From Marsupella aquatica (lineage: Eukaryota; Plantae; Marchantiophyta): a DNA stretch of 64,000 bases. This document shows positions 24,301 to 43,200 of the stretch, in pieces. The translations under genes were made by a program, and so were the position numbers. The stretch covers positions 14,728,684 to 14,792,683 of the forward strand of contig OZ316896.1 of assembly GCA_973895155.1 (NCBI GenBank), given 5' to 3'. The notes under the pieces were generated by a model, which had not been told where the DNA came from, did not search any database, and worked only from the letters and a program-made list of their open reading frames with translations. How positions within the stretch are numbered: the stretch's first letter is position 1; every line of letters starts with the position of its first letter.

Positions 24301-27300
24301 CTGAAGTCCAAAGTTTGACAATAGGGGCAGTTGCCAGATTAGAGAGACAGCCTGGGACCCGTTTTAGCGATTCAATCTCCGCACGTATCTTGCTTAATAC
24401 CTTGATGAATCTATGACTGACCACGGAAAATTTTACTTGAAGCTCCTTCCTTTGATTTCTTTGTAATAATCAGAAATTCAAAAACTCTTTGAATGTCATG
24501 TTGATAACGATATGGTGATGAAAGAATGTCATGTTCACTAACAAGCTGATAGGAAATGCAGTGCACTAAGTAATGTTCCAGGCCTCACATCTACTCTATT
24601 TTTTAAGCTTAACAGCTTCTACAATACACTGAGTAATACTATATGTGTTGTTCAGGCTACATATGATATGCAGCTCCAGATGCAGCTGATATCTCAACTT
24701 GAAGACATAGATCGACAAATTCGGTGTGACAAAGTTTCCAGTGAATTTTTGAAGAAATTGAAGGAAGACAGAGCTGCCTGCCGTGAGAAGTTAATTGAAT
24801 GTGTCCGCAGATGTACTTGGTGTGTTTCCTTCACCTCTTGTCCCGATGGCCTTGTCCTCAGAAACTTGCAAGTTGGAGATAAGATAATGTTTTGTACATC
24901 ATGGTGTATAAAATATCATTGGATGAATACTGAAAGAAGCTGTAATTGCCCCTTTATGTGATTGTGGGGGCGCCTGATATCCCCATACAATTTTTTTATT
25001 GCAGGTATCGAGTTTCATTATTCTCGAGGTGGAAACAAAGAGGGATGTATGCAACGTGCATGTGGGTTGTGCAGCTTCTGCTAATTTTAAGCAAGAAGGA
25101 CCAAATATTTGGCTACATTCCAGAATTTTATGTGGAAACACTGGTGGGTCTTTGGTGTCCAGTTTCTTCAGAAAAACGAAAAGTCAAATACAAATATGTC
25201 GTTACTTTATTTCTGTTTCTTTGGCTAAAGAAACTTTTTGTATGATGACATTTACAACCATTTTTTCTTTCTTTCTGTTATATGTTTTATTGAGCTTTAC
25301 AGAGTCTTAATATTGTTTGACGGTTAATATTAATATCGTGCTTTCTGGCTTTTGGTGATGTGATTGCAGGTTGATTCTTTCCATGCACTTCGGAGAAGTG
25401 ACCCACCATTTGTGACTCCGGCATCTGCATTGTTACAGCAAGGGCTTTCACCATTGGTACTACACAATGTTGCCTGCTCCTTTGGGGTTAAGCCTATCAA
25501 TGCTCTTTTTGTGCAGTTGTGACCACATGCGGATAAGCCTGAACTGCTGTGTATCTTTGGAAGTACTGAATCATGTTTTCTTTTTCGTTAACATGTTTAA
25601 TTGCTGCTAAAGAGACAAGAGGCAACTGCTATGCCCGTTCTGGCTTGCCTTGATGCTAAAATCTGTGGGGTAGGTCTTATTTTGAATCCTTAAAGGAGGA
25701 TACCTTTTGCATTGTATGTCTTGGTTCTCCTGTAAAAAGTGACGAATGTGTCGTCATGAAAATTGATTGATGATGATTCTAAACTTTTGAGTTCTTTTTC
25801 GAAACGTTGTAGGTGACATTCTTTGTGACACATTTCAGTGATTCGAGAATAGCCAATCCAGATATAAGAGACGTACTTGTACAATCAATTTCGGTGTTGA
25901 TACAATACAAGGAGCATGTTGTTGCTTTTGAGAAATGCAAGGCTGCCCGTGAGAGTATGGTTGGAGCACTATTGACTGCCTTCGATAATCGATTTTGGAT
26001 ACCAGTTTCCAATATTCTCTTGCGCCTTTGCAAAGGTGCTGGTTTTGGTGCTTCTAAATGTTACCCTCATGGCGAGTCGTTTTCTTCCTTCTTTCAGGTA
26101 TGTGATCATTCTGGTCAGTATTCTAGCACGATGTAGAATTCTATACCCCTGAAGTTGCGTAGTGAGGGCTTGGCGACATTGTTTGCTTCGGCTGACAAGC
26201 GGAAATTTTGTACTGAAGCCGAGCATATTACATTACAGAGAAAGGTCATTCGCATGAAATGTTGTGACCTCTTTTCACTCGATGGTGCGTGACATGAGGT
26301 GTTTGGTTCTTGAGACCAACCGAATGGCTTCATTGATCCCGTGGAATGGTTTATTTGTGAAATTGCAGCAACTGCTGAAGGAGAAGTGCATACTGGATGA
26401 AAAGCTTTTTGCTTCTTTCCTCAACCGCTTATTCAACACTCTTAATTGGACAATCACAGAGTATTCAGTTGTAATTAAAGAGATGGAGGAATTGACTGAG
26501 CGTGAATGTCCGGTGAGAATGCTTGCCTTCGTCTGTGTGTCCTGGGTTTCTTCCTCAAGTTTTTGGACGTATGGCAAAAGTGCTGTTAGTTTTCTGACAC
26601 CTCCCTTTTGGTAGAAACTGTAAGTTACTTCTGCTGTTGACGGGATTATCATCCTAGCCAGCGAGCCTGGATTGAGTGTTATTGCAAGGGCGGGAGTTGT
26701 AATTTGATGTGCTTGCGAAGATTTTTACTCTTCAATCCGTTCGTCATGTGGGGATAGGTGACAGATTTACAGCAAAGGAAGTGCACGATAATGTTCGAGC
26801 TGTCATGCAATCTTGAGAGAATTTTGGAGTTTTTTACCCAAGAATTATCTCATGCCTTCTTACTTGGTGCTGAGATGAATCTCGTGAGGCTTTGTGAACT
26901 TATAATATTTGTTCTGAATCACACAACATCAAGCTCGGATGCACAAATCTTTGACAGGCATACCCCTCTTCCACTGTTGACTCCCTGATTAGTCTTTTTA
27001 CTTCTGCTACGTGGATGGATGTACTATCACTTGGTCAGGTCAATAGGCATCACTTTGGAAAGAGAATATCTTTTTGTCTGCATATCTACTAGAATTACGT
27101 GAGTTATTTATTGAATAATTTGTGTTTTTCTCGTTGTCTACTATGGGTGAAAATGAGTGTCAACCCTGGGCCTCCTCCCAGGTCAACCCATTTCCGTAAA
27201 TTCACGCAAGTGGGGGAGAAGATATCTTAATAAGTACAGTCAGAAGAGTAGTTCTGGAGGTTAAAATTGCATCTCTGACATTACCGTGTGTCTTTTTGCA

Positions 27301-28342
27301 GTGCTTTGAGGCATGGTGCATCTTTAGACAAATGCAACCGATCTATGATATTGGCACCAATTGTTGGCATCGTTCTGAACCTTTCAGCAGCAACTTCATC
27401 TCCTAATCATGGTCTAGTCTACGACATAGCGCATGTGATTGCTAATGTGGATTACTCTCCTCTAGTCATCAGCAACTTTCAATATCTTCTGGATTATAAC
27501 TGGGTGAGAATTTCTCTAAATTATGGATTAATGTCATTGCCAGGTTTACGATTAGCCACTTAGTTCTTAAGTACAGTCTTTACAGTCTTAACATACATTT
27601 GATTCGTGATCCAGGCTGCATCTTTTAAAGGTGACCCGTCTGTGAGGAGGTTACCGGAACTCAAGTCCTTTCTGAAGAGGTTGCAGATAGAGAGTGAGAT
27701 TGCAAGAACAGCAGCACGAGAGGAAGAAATATTCCAATCAGGTGCAGAAGCTGATGGAGATGAAACTGCTGGTTTGAACCTCGCACTGTTTTGCCAAGTC
27801 GCTTAGTAACTTTATTTTAAATTTTACGTTAACCACCAGCTCTTCAGTCCATTACTCCTAACGTCTGCTGAGGGGCTAAGCCCGTTCCCCCACATTCAAC
27901 CCGGAAGGTCTTTTGATTCCTGTGATATATCTTTCTTTGCGGATTTGAAACATCACGGTTCAAGCATTGCTTAATCCAAAACTTGTACGAACTGTGACAA
28001 TATTAATAACCTAATTCTAGAATCAGCCTGTCTATAGATGGTCGTATTGATTAGTGCCTTTCTGGGTGCGCAGAAACAGTTGTATCAGGAGATGAAAAAG
28101 TTGAAGTATGCAGCATCTGCTATGCATGTGAGGTGGACACCATTTTTGTCCCATGTAAGCACCAGTCATGCTTGCGCTGTGTCACCCGACATCTTCTGAA
28201 CAACCAGCGTTGCTTTTTCTGCAATGCCACTATATCTGAGCTGGGTTCGATGTCAGATGTGCTCCCTGCGAAGGGGGAATTTACGGCCTCCAATGCAACT
28301 GTCACAGATGGTGGTGTCCTTGCTAAAAACGAGTCTCCTTGA
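21373..28342 (+). CDS. RKP: E3 ubiquitin-protein ligase RKP (KPC1/RNF123 homologue), SPRY plus C-terminal C3HC4 RING, 11 coding exons
   Basis: SPRY segment (SARANTCVWSGQWMFEATLGTGGIQQIGWAT...GDVIGCCIDLD), then WKQRGMYATCMW, FDNRFWIPVSNILLRL, FLNRLFNTLNWT and RING CSICYACEVDTIFVPCKHQSCLRCVTRHLLNNQRCFFCN. Exons approx. 21373-22959, 23193-24047, 24656-24819, 25005-25143, 25370-25456, 25813-26097, 26369-26512, 26758-26957, 27302-27503, 27615-27771, 28074-28342. Confidence 0.93.
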
Positions 28343-29469
28343 TGGGAAGCCCCCAGATAACTCTTCGTTTGCGACTTAGAGGCGAACTTTGAAGATCCAG
28401 GGGTAACATCTTGAAGATGCTGGAGTATGCAATTATTGGAGTATCCCGTGTGGAAAGAGGCAGTAGTCCATTTCAATTTTTCGAGGCCAAGCTTGAGATA
28501 TATATTGTTTTGAGGTTGCCTGTGTCAGGGTAACGAGAGTTCGACAGGTAAGACTGGATTCAGGATTGCAGAGAATTCTGGGAGAGCCAATAGCTTGATT
28601 AAGTTCATCTGCATAAACTGAATTCCTTTCCATGCCAGCTATCAAAATGTTCGGTCTTGTAAATTTAATATACGGAGGCACACAAGCTTTAGGGAAGGCA
28701 GACATGAATTGGTCTCATTGATTAAAATATTAGATCTCCGCAATGAAGGAGGTGATATTGTACAACCTACCCCTGTATTTAAAGAACTGAGGGCCATCGC
28801 ACATTGACCCAAGAGCAACGAAAATATGAGTGCATCTGTGAACTTGTTGATGGTGTATCGGAGATAATTATTTGAGGGATCAGATGGAAAGAACAGTCAT
28901 TGTATCTACAGAACTTTTCTCACTTTATCTTGGATACAACTAGAGATTTCTCAGGTATCTTTCTTAAAACTCAGAAGTTCGACTGGTTCTGTTTTTTGCC
29001 CTGCCAAGTTTTTACCTGAAGCTGGCAGTAATTTAAGTTTTGTTTACCTAGGATTATTAGATCGTACATCCCATCTTTGCCTGAGATGTTGGGTAACAAT
29101 AAGCATGCCACTACAGAAGTATATTGCTTCAATATGAGCGGCAACACAGCTAGGCACAAGTGTGTACTTCACTTCATTTGTCGGGTATCGTGTGGGAATT
29201 CTGTCACGAGGTCATGAATCCACGCATTCCTCTCAGACATGTGGTTTTCAGTCAAATCACGTCACACTTTGAGTGATGTGGCTGCAAATCTGAACCCTAC
29301 TTCATCGAGGACCCATAGTTAAAGCTGAAGGCTTGCGACTGTACCTAAGATTGTCTCGAATTTAACTAAAAAGAATTGTGAAGGAGCACATCGCCCAACA
29401 ACCCGTCAGGGGCTGTGCCTGTTCCGTGGCAATCTTAGGGCCTTGCTTACCATCAGCACACTGTTACGG

Positions 29470-29990
29470 CCTTCTTCCCCCTATTTCTTTCCCAAAAACA
29501 AAAACGAAACAACGCAACCACCCCAGGGTCTTGTTTCCCCTCTTCTTTTGCAATAAAACTAAAATAGTGAAACATGCACTGTTTCCCCTATTCTTCGAAC
29601 ACAACCAAGACCATGAAACCAGCCTTGTTTCCCCTCTTTCTTTCCAATAAAACCAAACCAATGAAACCAGCCCTGCCTCCCCTCTTTTTTTCCAACAAAA
29701 CCAAAAACAAAATAGCCTCTTTCCCCTTGGTCTTTTCAAAAAACAGAACAGAACAACGCAACAGTGTTAGGGCCATGTTTCCCCTCCATATTTCTTTCCA
29801 ACAAAACCAAAACAATAACTCGCCTTGTTTTCCTTCGTTCTTTCCAAAAAACAAAAACAGAACAATGCAATGGTGTTAGGGCTATGTTTCCCCACTATCT
29901 TTCCCCCAAAGAAAGCAAACAAAACAATAAAACCAGCCTTGTTTCTCCTCCTCTCCAAAGAATAACAGCAAACAATGAAAACCAAAGCCG
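29470..29990. repeat. Degenerate minisatellite, units of about 40-60 bp (TGTTTCCCCT..CTTT..AA.AAAAC)
   Basis: Alternating pyrimidine tracts and AAAAC tracts, roughly ten units. Confidence 0.7.
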
Positions 29991-30554
29991 AGATGGATAG
30001 TCACTTTGTCCGAGCCCATCCCCATCCCTGTGGACTGTGGAAAGTCATCAGTCAGTTTACACTGAGAAGAAAGAGGGACCGGTTGCATTTTGGATGGGAT
30101 TTTGTGAAAGTACACCTGACATTTTGGATGGAAAACTGTGTTCAAGGACACCTAAGTAATTTTTCCAGTCATCCTGATCAATTTTTAACTGAAATTTGGG
30201 CAGACTTGTCCATTTAATAAAAAAATCAGGAAATTTCTCAAATCTCAAATGTTTCCAACATGTTCTTTGATGTCTAATTTATCACTTGACAAAGTTTGAG
30301 ATTTGTCTGAGATCATTTGTTTCATTTCCAATGAGCACAAAGGCTCCTCAAATAATGAATTCACAGATAGTGAATTTTTACTCCACACTCAAAGTTAACC
30401 ATGTTATCCTTGCCTTGCAGGTAGAAAGGAAACCCTCTTTTGTTGGTTATGATGTAGAATGTATATTGGACCTTTTGTGTGGCCTGGCAGTTTCCTTTGT
30501 CACTCTAAGTTCTCGGTGGACAATCCTCCGCTGTCACTCTAGATTTCTGTTCAT

Positions 30555-30880
30555 TTAGAGCCCTCACTTAGCTGAGAAGTCACTCCCTCACCTAAGTGAA
30601 GGCTCAGGTGACAAGGGAATGCCCCCCTGCCGAGTGAGGGGACATTCCCTTGTCACCTGTATTATTGTTTTCCTGGAGGCTTCACTTAGCTGAGAATGTT
30701 TATGGCCAGTGGGCGACCTCTAATTGATCGTGTATTAGTGATTGTCTAGAACCCTCACTTACTGTAGCTGAGAATGTCTCTGGTCAATGGTGGGCCTCCA
30801 ATTTAATTTTGGAGTATTTCTGGTCAAGAGCCCTCACTTAGCTGAAAATGTCTATGGTGAACAAGCGGCCTCGAATTTGA
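30555..30880. repeat. Repeated AG(A)GCCCTCACTTAGCTGAGAA units with an internal 17-bp inverted repeat
   Basis: Units near 30558, 30678, 30748 and 30828; CAGGTGACAAGGGAATG (30605-30621) pairs perfectly with CATTCCCTTGTCACCTG (30643-30659). Confidence 0.7.
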
Positions 30881-32509
30881 TTGTATCACTGTGACGGACC
30901 GGTCCAGATCAGATAGGGTGGCGATGCTCAAAGTGCCACAAATATGTTTAAGTCAAGCGGGGTGGAGATGTCAAGTAATATGCTTGATAGACCCTCTGCC
31001 AGAAAAAAAACTTTCCTTATCAGCCCCCACAATTTGTTTTTTGCAAACTCAACCCGTCTTAATGATCCATACAGTGAGTTCTTTTACAGAAACTGCAGGT
31101 TTCCATCCCTGGTTTATCACGTTGTTCTGCACTTCGGTGCTATTGTTTTCTATGGCGCACTGTATGCAGTGAGGACTGCACATACCTGATTCCAAGCAGT
31201 CACACTACTGGTTTTGGAAGACAGTATCCATGATCGTCTTCACTTCACACAACATTTTTCTTCACCGAGAGTACTTTTTGCTCAGGGCTAAATGGCCAAC
31301 ACTGGTGGTTTTGCAAGACAACATGAAGATAGTCTTCAGGTCACACCTGAAAAATTTCTTCACCAAGAGTACTTGCTCTGCTCATCCGTGCAGTTTGGGC
31401 AGGGGTAAAGCTGACATTGGTTTTTTTGGAAGGCGATATAAGAGTAGTTTTTGCTCACTCATGCCAATTGGATGCAGTGTCAAACTCAGGGTAGAACTTA
31501 GACACACCGTGCAGCCCCGTACACAACGCAAGCCTTGTGAAAACCCTGTGGAAACTAGTAAAACCTTGAGCCTCGAAAGACCTACTGGGAGCCAAACGTC
31601 AAATGAAGTTTACAAATCAGAAGGCATTCACATGAATGTCTTCACTTTGCAAATACCTAGTCTCACAATTTGGACGGCGTGATAATCCCAACAACGATGA
31701 TGACGACCAGCCGCATTCAACGCCTGTGGTTCAATGGGACACAGTTTGTGGTGGAACACCCTGCAGTCATGGTTCACCCACTCTGGTCCTAGTATCCAAA
31801 ATCTCACTTTAAAATAACGGTCTCTCACGTTGTCACTGAAGAAAAAATCAAAATGTAGAACTTCCTAAAATGTTCCTCACCGCACTCCTAAGCCCTCCGC
31901 TAATTCCCCGATCAGCCTTACTGCTGCCAAGAAGTTGCAAGACCACCACGATGACACGCTAAAAGTCCATCTTCTTGAGATCTTCACTCATTCATAAAAA
32001 CGTCAGTGTTACAAAGCCGGGCTGAACAGGTTCTTTACACTAAATTGGCTGCCTCAATTTTGTGTCCTACTAACTTTCTACTCCTACGAGGCTCACCAAA
32101 CAAACTTCCGACGCAAGTATCAATCACGTACACTAATCTGAAGTCTTGTCCAGTCATAAAATCAGTGTGAACAGCGCAAAACAAAGGAATTGGCTCTATT
32201 CTTCAAGCCACCTTTATGGATTCAATTCTCTCCTCCGGCACATGATGCAGCAATTGCGAACAAACCTTCTGGAACGCAACCAGCCTCCGAAGTAAAGAGT
32301 TGGCAGGAACATGGAGGGGGCCCGTCGAAGGGTAAACCCACCACTCTGTACTAGCCGTCAGTTAGCTTGTATTTCCATTGGAAATCTGAAGGCTGAAAGA
32401 ATCTATGCCTCGTTGCATCTGATAATGTATCATCTTTCGTCAGCGCACTCAAGCAACATTTAATGAAGGCCTCCATAACTATGTAGATACTGAACTTAAC
32501 CTAGTGGAG

Positions 32510-38042
<5,533 letters not shown>

Positions 38043-38118
38043 CCCTCCTTTGCCTGGCTGGGGATGGGAATTGGGAAAGGGAGTGAATAGACGAGCCTCT
38101 GGAAAATGCTTGTAGGAC

Positions 38119-38432
38119 GATCTCTGTCCGTCCTCTGAGTCTCTCTCCGGTCTGCAACTCTGACGTTGCTGACGGGTGGCTACTGTAAGGCTTAAACCCC
38201 AAACCCTCCACTAACCGGGGTTAGGCCAGGTTGTGGTTCCCGTATGTGGTTTGGTTTCCACCATAGTGGGAGCACCTATCTCTGTCCGTCCTCTGAGTCT
38301 CTCCGTCTGCAACTCTGACAATGATGACAGGTGAGTACTGTAAGACTTAAACCCTGAACCGTCCACTAACCCGGGTTAGGGCAGGTTCTGATTCCTGTAT
38401 GTGGTTTGGTTTCCACCATAGTGGCAGCACCC
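38119..38432. repeat. ~158-bp tandem duplication in the FtsHi2 5' UTR/promoter
   Basis: ATCTCTGTCCGTCCTCTGAGTCTCT...GTATGTGGTTTGGTTTCCACCATAGTGG present twice, starting near 38120 and 38278. Confidence 0.85.
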
Positions 38433-39779
38433 ACCTCTTGCCGGGGACCAAAACTCAAAGTAAGGGGGCATTATTAGGCCAGGTTGACATCCAACTTCCG
38501 GAAGAGTGGGCCACCTACTATAGGACTGGTAGTAAGGGCCAGCTTTACACGTAATGATGCTACTAAAATATTATCACTGCCAACGAACAAAAAATACCAA
38601 ACCAGGAGAACATCCAAAAAAGAGGAGACCCAACGAAGGACAAGATGCCATAGAGTGGGTTCACATCCAACTCATCGTCCAGTAGGTTTTTACTCGAGAG
38701 TTCAATGTACTGCTGCCATGAAACAACCAAAATTGCCTTTTATCATATCTCTGTGTGTGCTTGGCTTGCCTTGTTGCACCCTTCAGCTTTTGCAGCAATA
38801 ATAGCTCCAATAAATGGTCAAAACTTAATTTCAGCGTTCTTCAAGAAGGGAAGTGCACCTTTGGCCAAACAAGTAAGCCAAGCTATCTCGACCAGCTGGG
38901 TCTGAACCTGGCCTTAGACTAGCAGAAACTATTTGTACCTTAAACTTTGCAAGGTGTAGAAAAAAATTTACAATGCAACATCTAACCCAACTCCTTGCCC
39001 GACAACAAATTAACAAAAATACGGTTTGAAGAAACTTGGGCTGCTGTTAAATTTAGAACATCTCAAAGTTGAACTTCCACCATATCACTTTTATAAACAA
39101 AACTCCACAAAAGAGGACTCATCACTCCAACCCACTCCCCCCCCCCCCCCCAACAATGTTAAACAATCTTAAACTTTTGTGATGCAGAATGATTTCAACT
39201 GCGGAAACAATGCCAAATAATCAACCTCATTTTTAATCATTGGCAGTTTTTAAACAAGTTGAGACTTATTTCTCATTTTGTGGGTTGCCTAGGCGCAAAA
39301 ACACCATACGCACACCTAGATGCTTATGGTGTGCTCAACATTAGAAACGTCAATCTGCTCTCTTGGGCCATCCACCTTCTGCTTGCAGGCCAAAGAATAT
39401 GGATTAAAGTTGTAACTACTGATGTTTCATTCTTCAAGGAGCTATTGTGGAAGTTCATGCAATCCTTCAAGGTAATAGAAGTGTGCAGAAGGCCACACAC
39501 TTAAGCCAAATTTTAATTGAAATCATTGAGATGACTGCTAGGGCTACTAGAACATATAGAGAAAATTTGGTGACATATTATGTAATGTGTGAGTTTAGGT
39601 TTTAGACCCTGCCGACAATAAATCCATCATAGGGAGACTCTTTGACATGCTTGTTGTGTGGATATGAATTATTGTGGGAAACATAGCAGGTTTAAGTGCC
39701 ACTGATTGGGTTCATTTTAAAGAGTACTGTCATCTCAATGACTCCTGGCATCATAGGACCACTTGCTCTAGTAATCCTC

Positions 39780-40260
39780 TGGCCGGGCTGCTGGGGGTGG
39801 AGACTGGCTACCCCATCTCCAAGATAAGTTGGTGGAGCCCTCTGAAGTGCAACCGACACTGCAGTTAAAAAAGACTATGATGATGGACATATGGGGACAA
39901 GGCCCTGCTCAACATAATGTATCACACAAGTTTGCAAGAAACAATTGACGGTTGGGTGTAGAACACCCAAACTTCCACAACAAATGGGGGAATAGCCAGG
40001 GCAACGGCAACGCACACATAAGCTTTGGTCCTCCTTTACCCATGCTGCCCTTGTGGTGGCATGACCACGTACATGAACAGCTGCTGCAACATTGGCCCCA
40101 CTGGTAAGGTCTGCAATGACCACATCCCCAAAGGCCCAAACTCCAGCCTGACAAAAGGTCAGCACCACGCCAATCAGGAAGCCCTCCCAGGGTCTTGAGT
40201 TAAAACCTTGAATGGTGTGTCTAACTTGGCCTGCACGTACTTGTTTGCTTGAATTTGTGA
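39780..40260 (-). mobile_element. Old 3' fragment of an RLE-type (CRE-like) non-LTR retrotransposon
   Basis: GDVVIADLTSGANVAAAVHVRGHATTRAAWVKE aligns by eye to LADVVVANPLRQDIIGTAATTAGAAASRAATTKEAKY of the 46-47 kb copy. Confidence 0.65.
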
Positions 40261-43200
40261 GTTCCATGGAGCTTTGTTTATGAGTAGGGCTAAACACTAC
40301 CATTTCGAATGAGAGGAGCAGGATTCCATGGGGTACTGGGTACCTGCCAATAGCAATACATCTCTTTGTTCTTTTGGGTGTCTTGTGGAAACTTCAGACC
40401 GATCAGTCCCTTCTTCACTGTGATTCTGAAAGGCATGGGACCAGTTTGAGTCTGGTAAGTCATGTTAAATTATTAAGCTCCTATATCCTATATGGTGAAT
40501 TCACCTTTCAGATTTTGTCTTATTCAGATTTTCTGTCCAGTAGTTTGATTTTAATGTACCCTAACAAGGTGAATCATTTGTATTAAGTTGATTTTGAATT
40601 AACTTTTGGATCCCTTTAAATTTTAGTGAACTTAGATTATCTTGAATGTATTTGGCTCCCCTCATAAACGTTTAATCTTTCATTTTGAATCACTCCTTAG
40701 TGAATTCTCTTTTTTCTCATGAGAGTGAGAGAGAACAATGTGCATATCTGATATACTAAGTTCCCCTTGTGGTTTCGTTTAGATACTAAGTTGTTATGGT
40801 TTTAATTGAATTCATTATCATTATAGAAGCAAGTGAAAATCTGTCCTGCATGTGCACAACTCTTAAATACCTTGGTGTTTTCTTGGTCATAATGTGCTTT
40901 TTTTGCATGTGTACTTCTGGTTTTGTGTTATGTCACTCACTCTTAATTAACAGATGTTAATTTCTAGGTATATACTTTACATGTACCTATTTTTTTATCA
41001 TAAAATGAATTACATATCACTACAAGAAAAAAAGGCATATTCTAGGATGAACATGCTATATCACCAGTGAGACATATCTTAGGGTTGCTTTACAAGTAAC
41101 CAGGGGATGCTTCTTTCTAATTTTATTAAGATGAAATCCAGATAGTATAATGCGTGGGAAAAATCACTGTTGGCTTTTCAAGAACTGGAGTTGGTGTTTA
41201 TCAACTAAAGTAGAGAGGTATTGTATGATGCAAGCAAACAGTAATTTTTGATAGCAAGGAGAATGTCAAACATTCGGTCACTAGTGGTTTCTAATTTGAG
41301 TGAATTTCTAAGACTACGGATGGCTAGCGAGTTGGGTAGCCAAAAGAGGAGTCCCCAAAATGGATTTTACTACTAGGTTTTGGCTAGCTAGACTAACTCT
41401 GCTAGTGAAGAGAGTTTTTCTACTCTTAACAATAAATTCTGTACTTATTGCTCTCACGCTACAATTACCACCACCTCAGTAGATGGCAAGGGGCCAAAAT
41501 AAATGTACTTTGTCTAGAATTTTATTTTAAAAACAAATTGGTGTGAAGTCTATCTTTAGAGGAAGAATTGTTTTATCATTCCACACTTTGGCTCCTTCAT
41601 ACATAAGATTACATTTATTACATTTTTACGGGTCTAGTTAGAGACTCCTGTAATTCTGGAAATTCTGTGAAAAATCATATCTCATAAATTTTAAACCATT
41701 GGATCTGTGTAATTGGACCATCTAGATTATTTTCATGTGTGAGTACTTGTGTGAACACTAGTGTGAGACAAAACTGAAATCTTGATTCTCAGCCATTGGA
41801 TTTTTCTTATTGAAGCATCTAGATGCCTTGCATGTGGGAACATTTATAATGCATAATCATGTGGGACAAAATGGAGAAGTGGTGTCAGATTCTTGTCATA
41901 CCAAAATAGATCCACATACATTTCTCAGTCATTTGACTCATTTCTCTCAACTATGCCATGCCAAAATGAGTGAATGTACATGTCCAACTAACTTACCCCC
42001 ATTCCATGCCTCCACATCTATTTTACATCAACTCAAACACTATAATACACTAGCCACCCAAAAAGTACTTTAGTCTTTTACAATGTCAGGAAAAAGTAAG
42101 ACATCATCCTAGCTCTTCATCAAAAATTGATTTTTTGGGGTGCCATCAGATCCACATAGATACTCCTCCCACCTCAAATGTGTGTCCAATGCCTGTCCGC
42201 ACCTGCCCAAAATGGAAATATAATAAATTTTGGAAATTTTGGAGAAAATCTGAATATGTAAAAAAAAAAAAATGTATTCAGTGTGACTTAAAAATAAAAC
42301 AAAACAAAACAACAAAAAACACTCCCTCATATTGTGCAACCATGCCTGAACACATATGCCGATTACAAAACTTAGACCATAGCAGTGCATTTTTACTTTC
42401 ATTCCTACTTGATTTAAACGTTGAAATTTTGGGGGCTCATAGAATAGACATTGCGACCGTTTACTCTGGCAAAAATTAATCTTAGTACCAATGGAGCAGG
42501 GGGTTAAGAATTAAAAACAGGCAAAGATTGCCAACATTGTCTGATAAGTTTTCCGCAAAAGACATAATTAAATGCCTTCCAAGCTTATTTGACCTGGGCA
42601 GATCTGACCTGAGCCAACCTCACCTAAGCTGATTTGACCTAGGAGGACTTGAAGGAAAATCATTTTCATTGTGGCAGTGCTAAACCCTCATTTTCGCTTT
42701 ATTCTTAAACAAAAGGGTTTCCCAGGAAAAAGGAGGAAAACAATTCAATCAATCTTTGAATCAATGTGGCATGGAGCATTTAGAAAAAAATTAACCTAAT
42801 AACATTTTCCAGGACATGTGAAGGGTTGTCGAGTGAAATAACTTTTTGCATATGGATGGACATACTCAATATTGCTAGTTGTGTTGAGATACATGTGTTG
42901 CGGGGAGAAACCAATGTATCTTGACTTAGAGATGTTTGGTTCACCCAGTTTACGGTGTGTCCATGACCAAAAGAAAAAAATTCACTATATATTAACACCA
43001 TACATTGGCCATAGTTTTGGCAAGTCACAAGCTGAGCTCCATGACACAATACTCTTCTCTCTTCACTCTCCAACTCTTGACCATTGATATCTAGTGTGAG
43101 CACAATGAAGTGTTCCTAGAAGGTATAGGCTCTCTCCACTAGTTTAACCTCAGCAGCACTTAACCATGGTTAAGTTGTGCCTAGACAGTTAACCTATTTA

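Noticed and set aside
41018-41407. CACTACAAGAAAA ... TAGTG as a CACTA element
   Set aside because: The right end matches poorly and the 3-bp flanks differ (TAT versus AAG); at most a decayed remnant.
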